Below, piece by piece: positions 61,850 through 64,000 of a stretch of 64,000 nucleotides of DNA. This stretch comes from the human T2T-CHM13v2.0 reference genome, Homo sapiens: NCBI RefSeq assembly GCF_009914755.1, contig NC_060934.1; one strand, 5' to 3'. Below the pieces are notes generated by a model. The model was not told the DNA's origin. It saw only the letters and a program-made list of their open reading frames with translations, and ran no database searches. Both the position numbers and the translations under genes were made by a program. Each line of letters opens with the position of its first letter. Position 1 is the first letter of the stretch.

Positions 61850-61995
61850 TGGATAAATTAACTGCCCTAAACCTCAGTTTTTCTACCTGTAAAATAAGAA
61901 TAAAAGCAATTACCCTAGGATGCTACCAATAAAGGAGAGATTGTGTATGTGTCTCGTGTGTAATAAGTGCTTGCTAAATCTAGTGATTATTATAA
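61850..61995 (+). mobile_element. MIR SINE
   Basis: aaattaactgccctaaacctcagtttttctacctgtaaaataagaataa. Confidence 0.65.
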
Positions 61996-63832
61996 TTCCA
62001 AGGTTTGTGTAGAGACTATTGATGGCCTTTAGTTCCTTAGTTGAGTAACCCTGTTTCTTTTTGCCTGTTCTATTTCTAACCCTGGGTCATACCACCAAGG
62101 CTTTCAAATGGTTAAAATGTACTCACCGCATTTTTATCCTGTGGCCCAAGGTGGAGTTGGTGGGGTGGTGTGAAACTTAGGATCTTCCTAGTTCTGGAGA
62201 ACCCAGGCTTGTGATGGATCGCTCCCAGGACTCACAGGGGGCAATATGCACGCTTGATAGGGAAGAGGAGAAGGTGACTATGTCTGTCCTACTCCACCCT
62301 GCTACCCTAACACCAGGCCCAGCTGCTTGAGGTCTGCATCCCATCTAGTATACAAATCAGGCTTAAAACAAAACAGAATGACAATGTATGTACTGAGTGC
62401 TGTTACACTAAGAAAGCAGGTCTTTATTCAGCAGCAAAGCCCATGGTTGCTTTCAGGTTTTGATAAATGCACATGGCATTACTTTTCCTTGGATGCTGAC
62501 CACTGTCCAGATGGTCATGACTTCTGTGGCCCTGATGTGGTATGGCCTGAAGGACAGCAAGGTGCCTTCCGACCTCTGGTAGGATGAGCATCCATCTACA
62601 ATTACAGTGAAACTCTTGCTGGTGTCTCAGGAAGAAGCACCTCTTTATAGCCAGTCATGAGTCCTTAATATATTACCCTTAAATCATTTAAAACTGGACT
62701 AGCCTGAGCAGCAGTGAATATGCCAATGCAGCTGGGAGCAATCTCAGGCAGGCCTAGTGAAATGGCCAAGATGATCTAATAGATCTTGCTTCATCTCTAG
62801 AAGTCTATCACCCTGCCTCTCTCCTCCTTATTAAACCAAAGCACCCCACTCCCAGGAAATAAAAGTGTTACCTGATATTTATATATCTTCAGAGAGTAGT
62901 GTGATTCAGAAACCAGGGAGAATGGTTTAAAACTATTTATTGAAAAGGAGACTGTTTCTTGCATGGAATAATCTTATTGGGAAAGTTACCTTATTTCTTC
63001 TACTGCACTTGAAAAATCTAGATCATTTGTAAAAAGCAAAGGGCAAAGCAGAAATTGATTTTTGTCAGCATGAGGTCAGTTTTTTTGTACTTTGATTAGT
63101 GGCTTGAAGCTGGTGGTGAGTCATGTGACAGTGCTGGTGTTTTGGGGCAGGGTATTCAGACTGAGATCATAATAGCTATTTCTGACCTTGACTTTGAGCA
63201 GAACATTGCAGGAAGTCTTATGTCACCCTGAAGTCTACAGCTATTTGCAACCTTCTGATATCTCTGATTGACTGCTTGTATTAAGCAGTCCCCCTCTCCT
63301 CCCTCACTGTGCCATCCCTAGACTCTAATGTTCTGAATGTATTAACAATATCTACATGGTGAAGCCCATGCTCCCTGCTCTAGCATTGGAGGCCTTCTAA
63401 GGACTGACCCAATCCAACTTTGCCTCCAGCCAATCTGTCTCCTGCTTCCACGGTATGAACACTCTGCTGCTATCAGTAGCTCTAGCTTCTGAGCACACAC
63501 ACACCTGGGCACATCCCAGGGACTCAATAATTTCTGCTCCTCTATGCACTGTCCACTCTGGTAGGAGGTCTACACCTTTCTCACATGTGCCCTCAGAAGT
63601 CACACCTGCCGTTGTGCCTACCAGTCGGCCTTCTTGGTTCTCTGTGTACTCACTGTCCTCTGAATGTGAGCCATTTACCATACCTGCCATCTAGTCGGCA
63701 TGGGCCTTGTGCCTTGAAACAGCCCATATTTTTGGTGTGTGCATTGACCTTTCAGCAATGCAATGCTACGCTACCTACTGGAGAGAGAGAAGAGGGAGAG
63801 GGAAGGGGAAAGGGGGAGAGAGAGATTTTTGC

Positions 63833-64000
63833 CTATCTCCCCAAAATTTGTAAGTTGAAACCCTAACCTCAGTATCTTAGAATGTGACTCTATTTGGAGG
63901 CAGGGCCTTTAAAGAGGCAATTCAGTTAAAATGAGGTCCTTAGGGTGAGCTCTAATCCACACTGACAGGTGCCCTTATAAGAAGAGGATATTTGGACACA
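63833..64000 (+). mobile_element. MaLR LTR (MLT1B-like), runs off the window end
   Basis: ccccaaaatt...agaatgtgactctatttggag...gggcctttaaagagg...cccttataagaagagg. Confidence 0.85.

Overview
This is primate (hominid-like) non-coding genomic DNA, intronic or intergenic. I recognise no host protein-coding exon, RNA gene or CRISPR array, and I cannot name the locus. The dominant feature is a full-length, coding-dead LINE-1 of L1PA2 type on the minus strand (about 16438-22498). It retains its 5'UTR and an open antisense ORF0, and it sits inside the (GAAA)n-expanded tail of a partly duplicated AluS. A second large block (about 52455-61130) is an ancient minus-strand L1M with nested insertions (Alus, an L1MA, a MaLR LTR) and an odd 445-bp captured segment flanked by a roughly 90-bp duplication. 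The rest is about 10 Alus, many MIR and L2 relics, MER3/MER5/MER58 DNA transposons, MaLR/ERVL solo LTRs, microsatellites and several homeodomain/POU/SOX-motif-rich unique segments that may be enhancers. I found no convincing new gene system. The best leads are structural events and a possible L1 antisense-promoter/ORF0 splice fusion. Repeat subfamily names come from recalled consensus sequences, not from a search, and boundaries of old elements are approximate.
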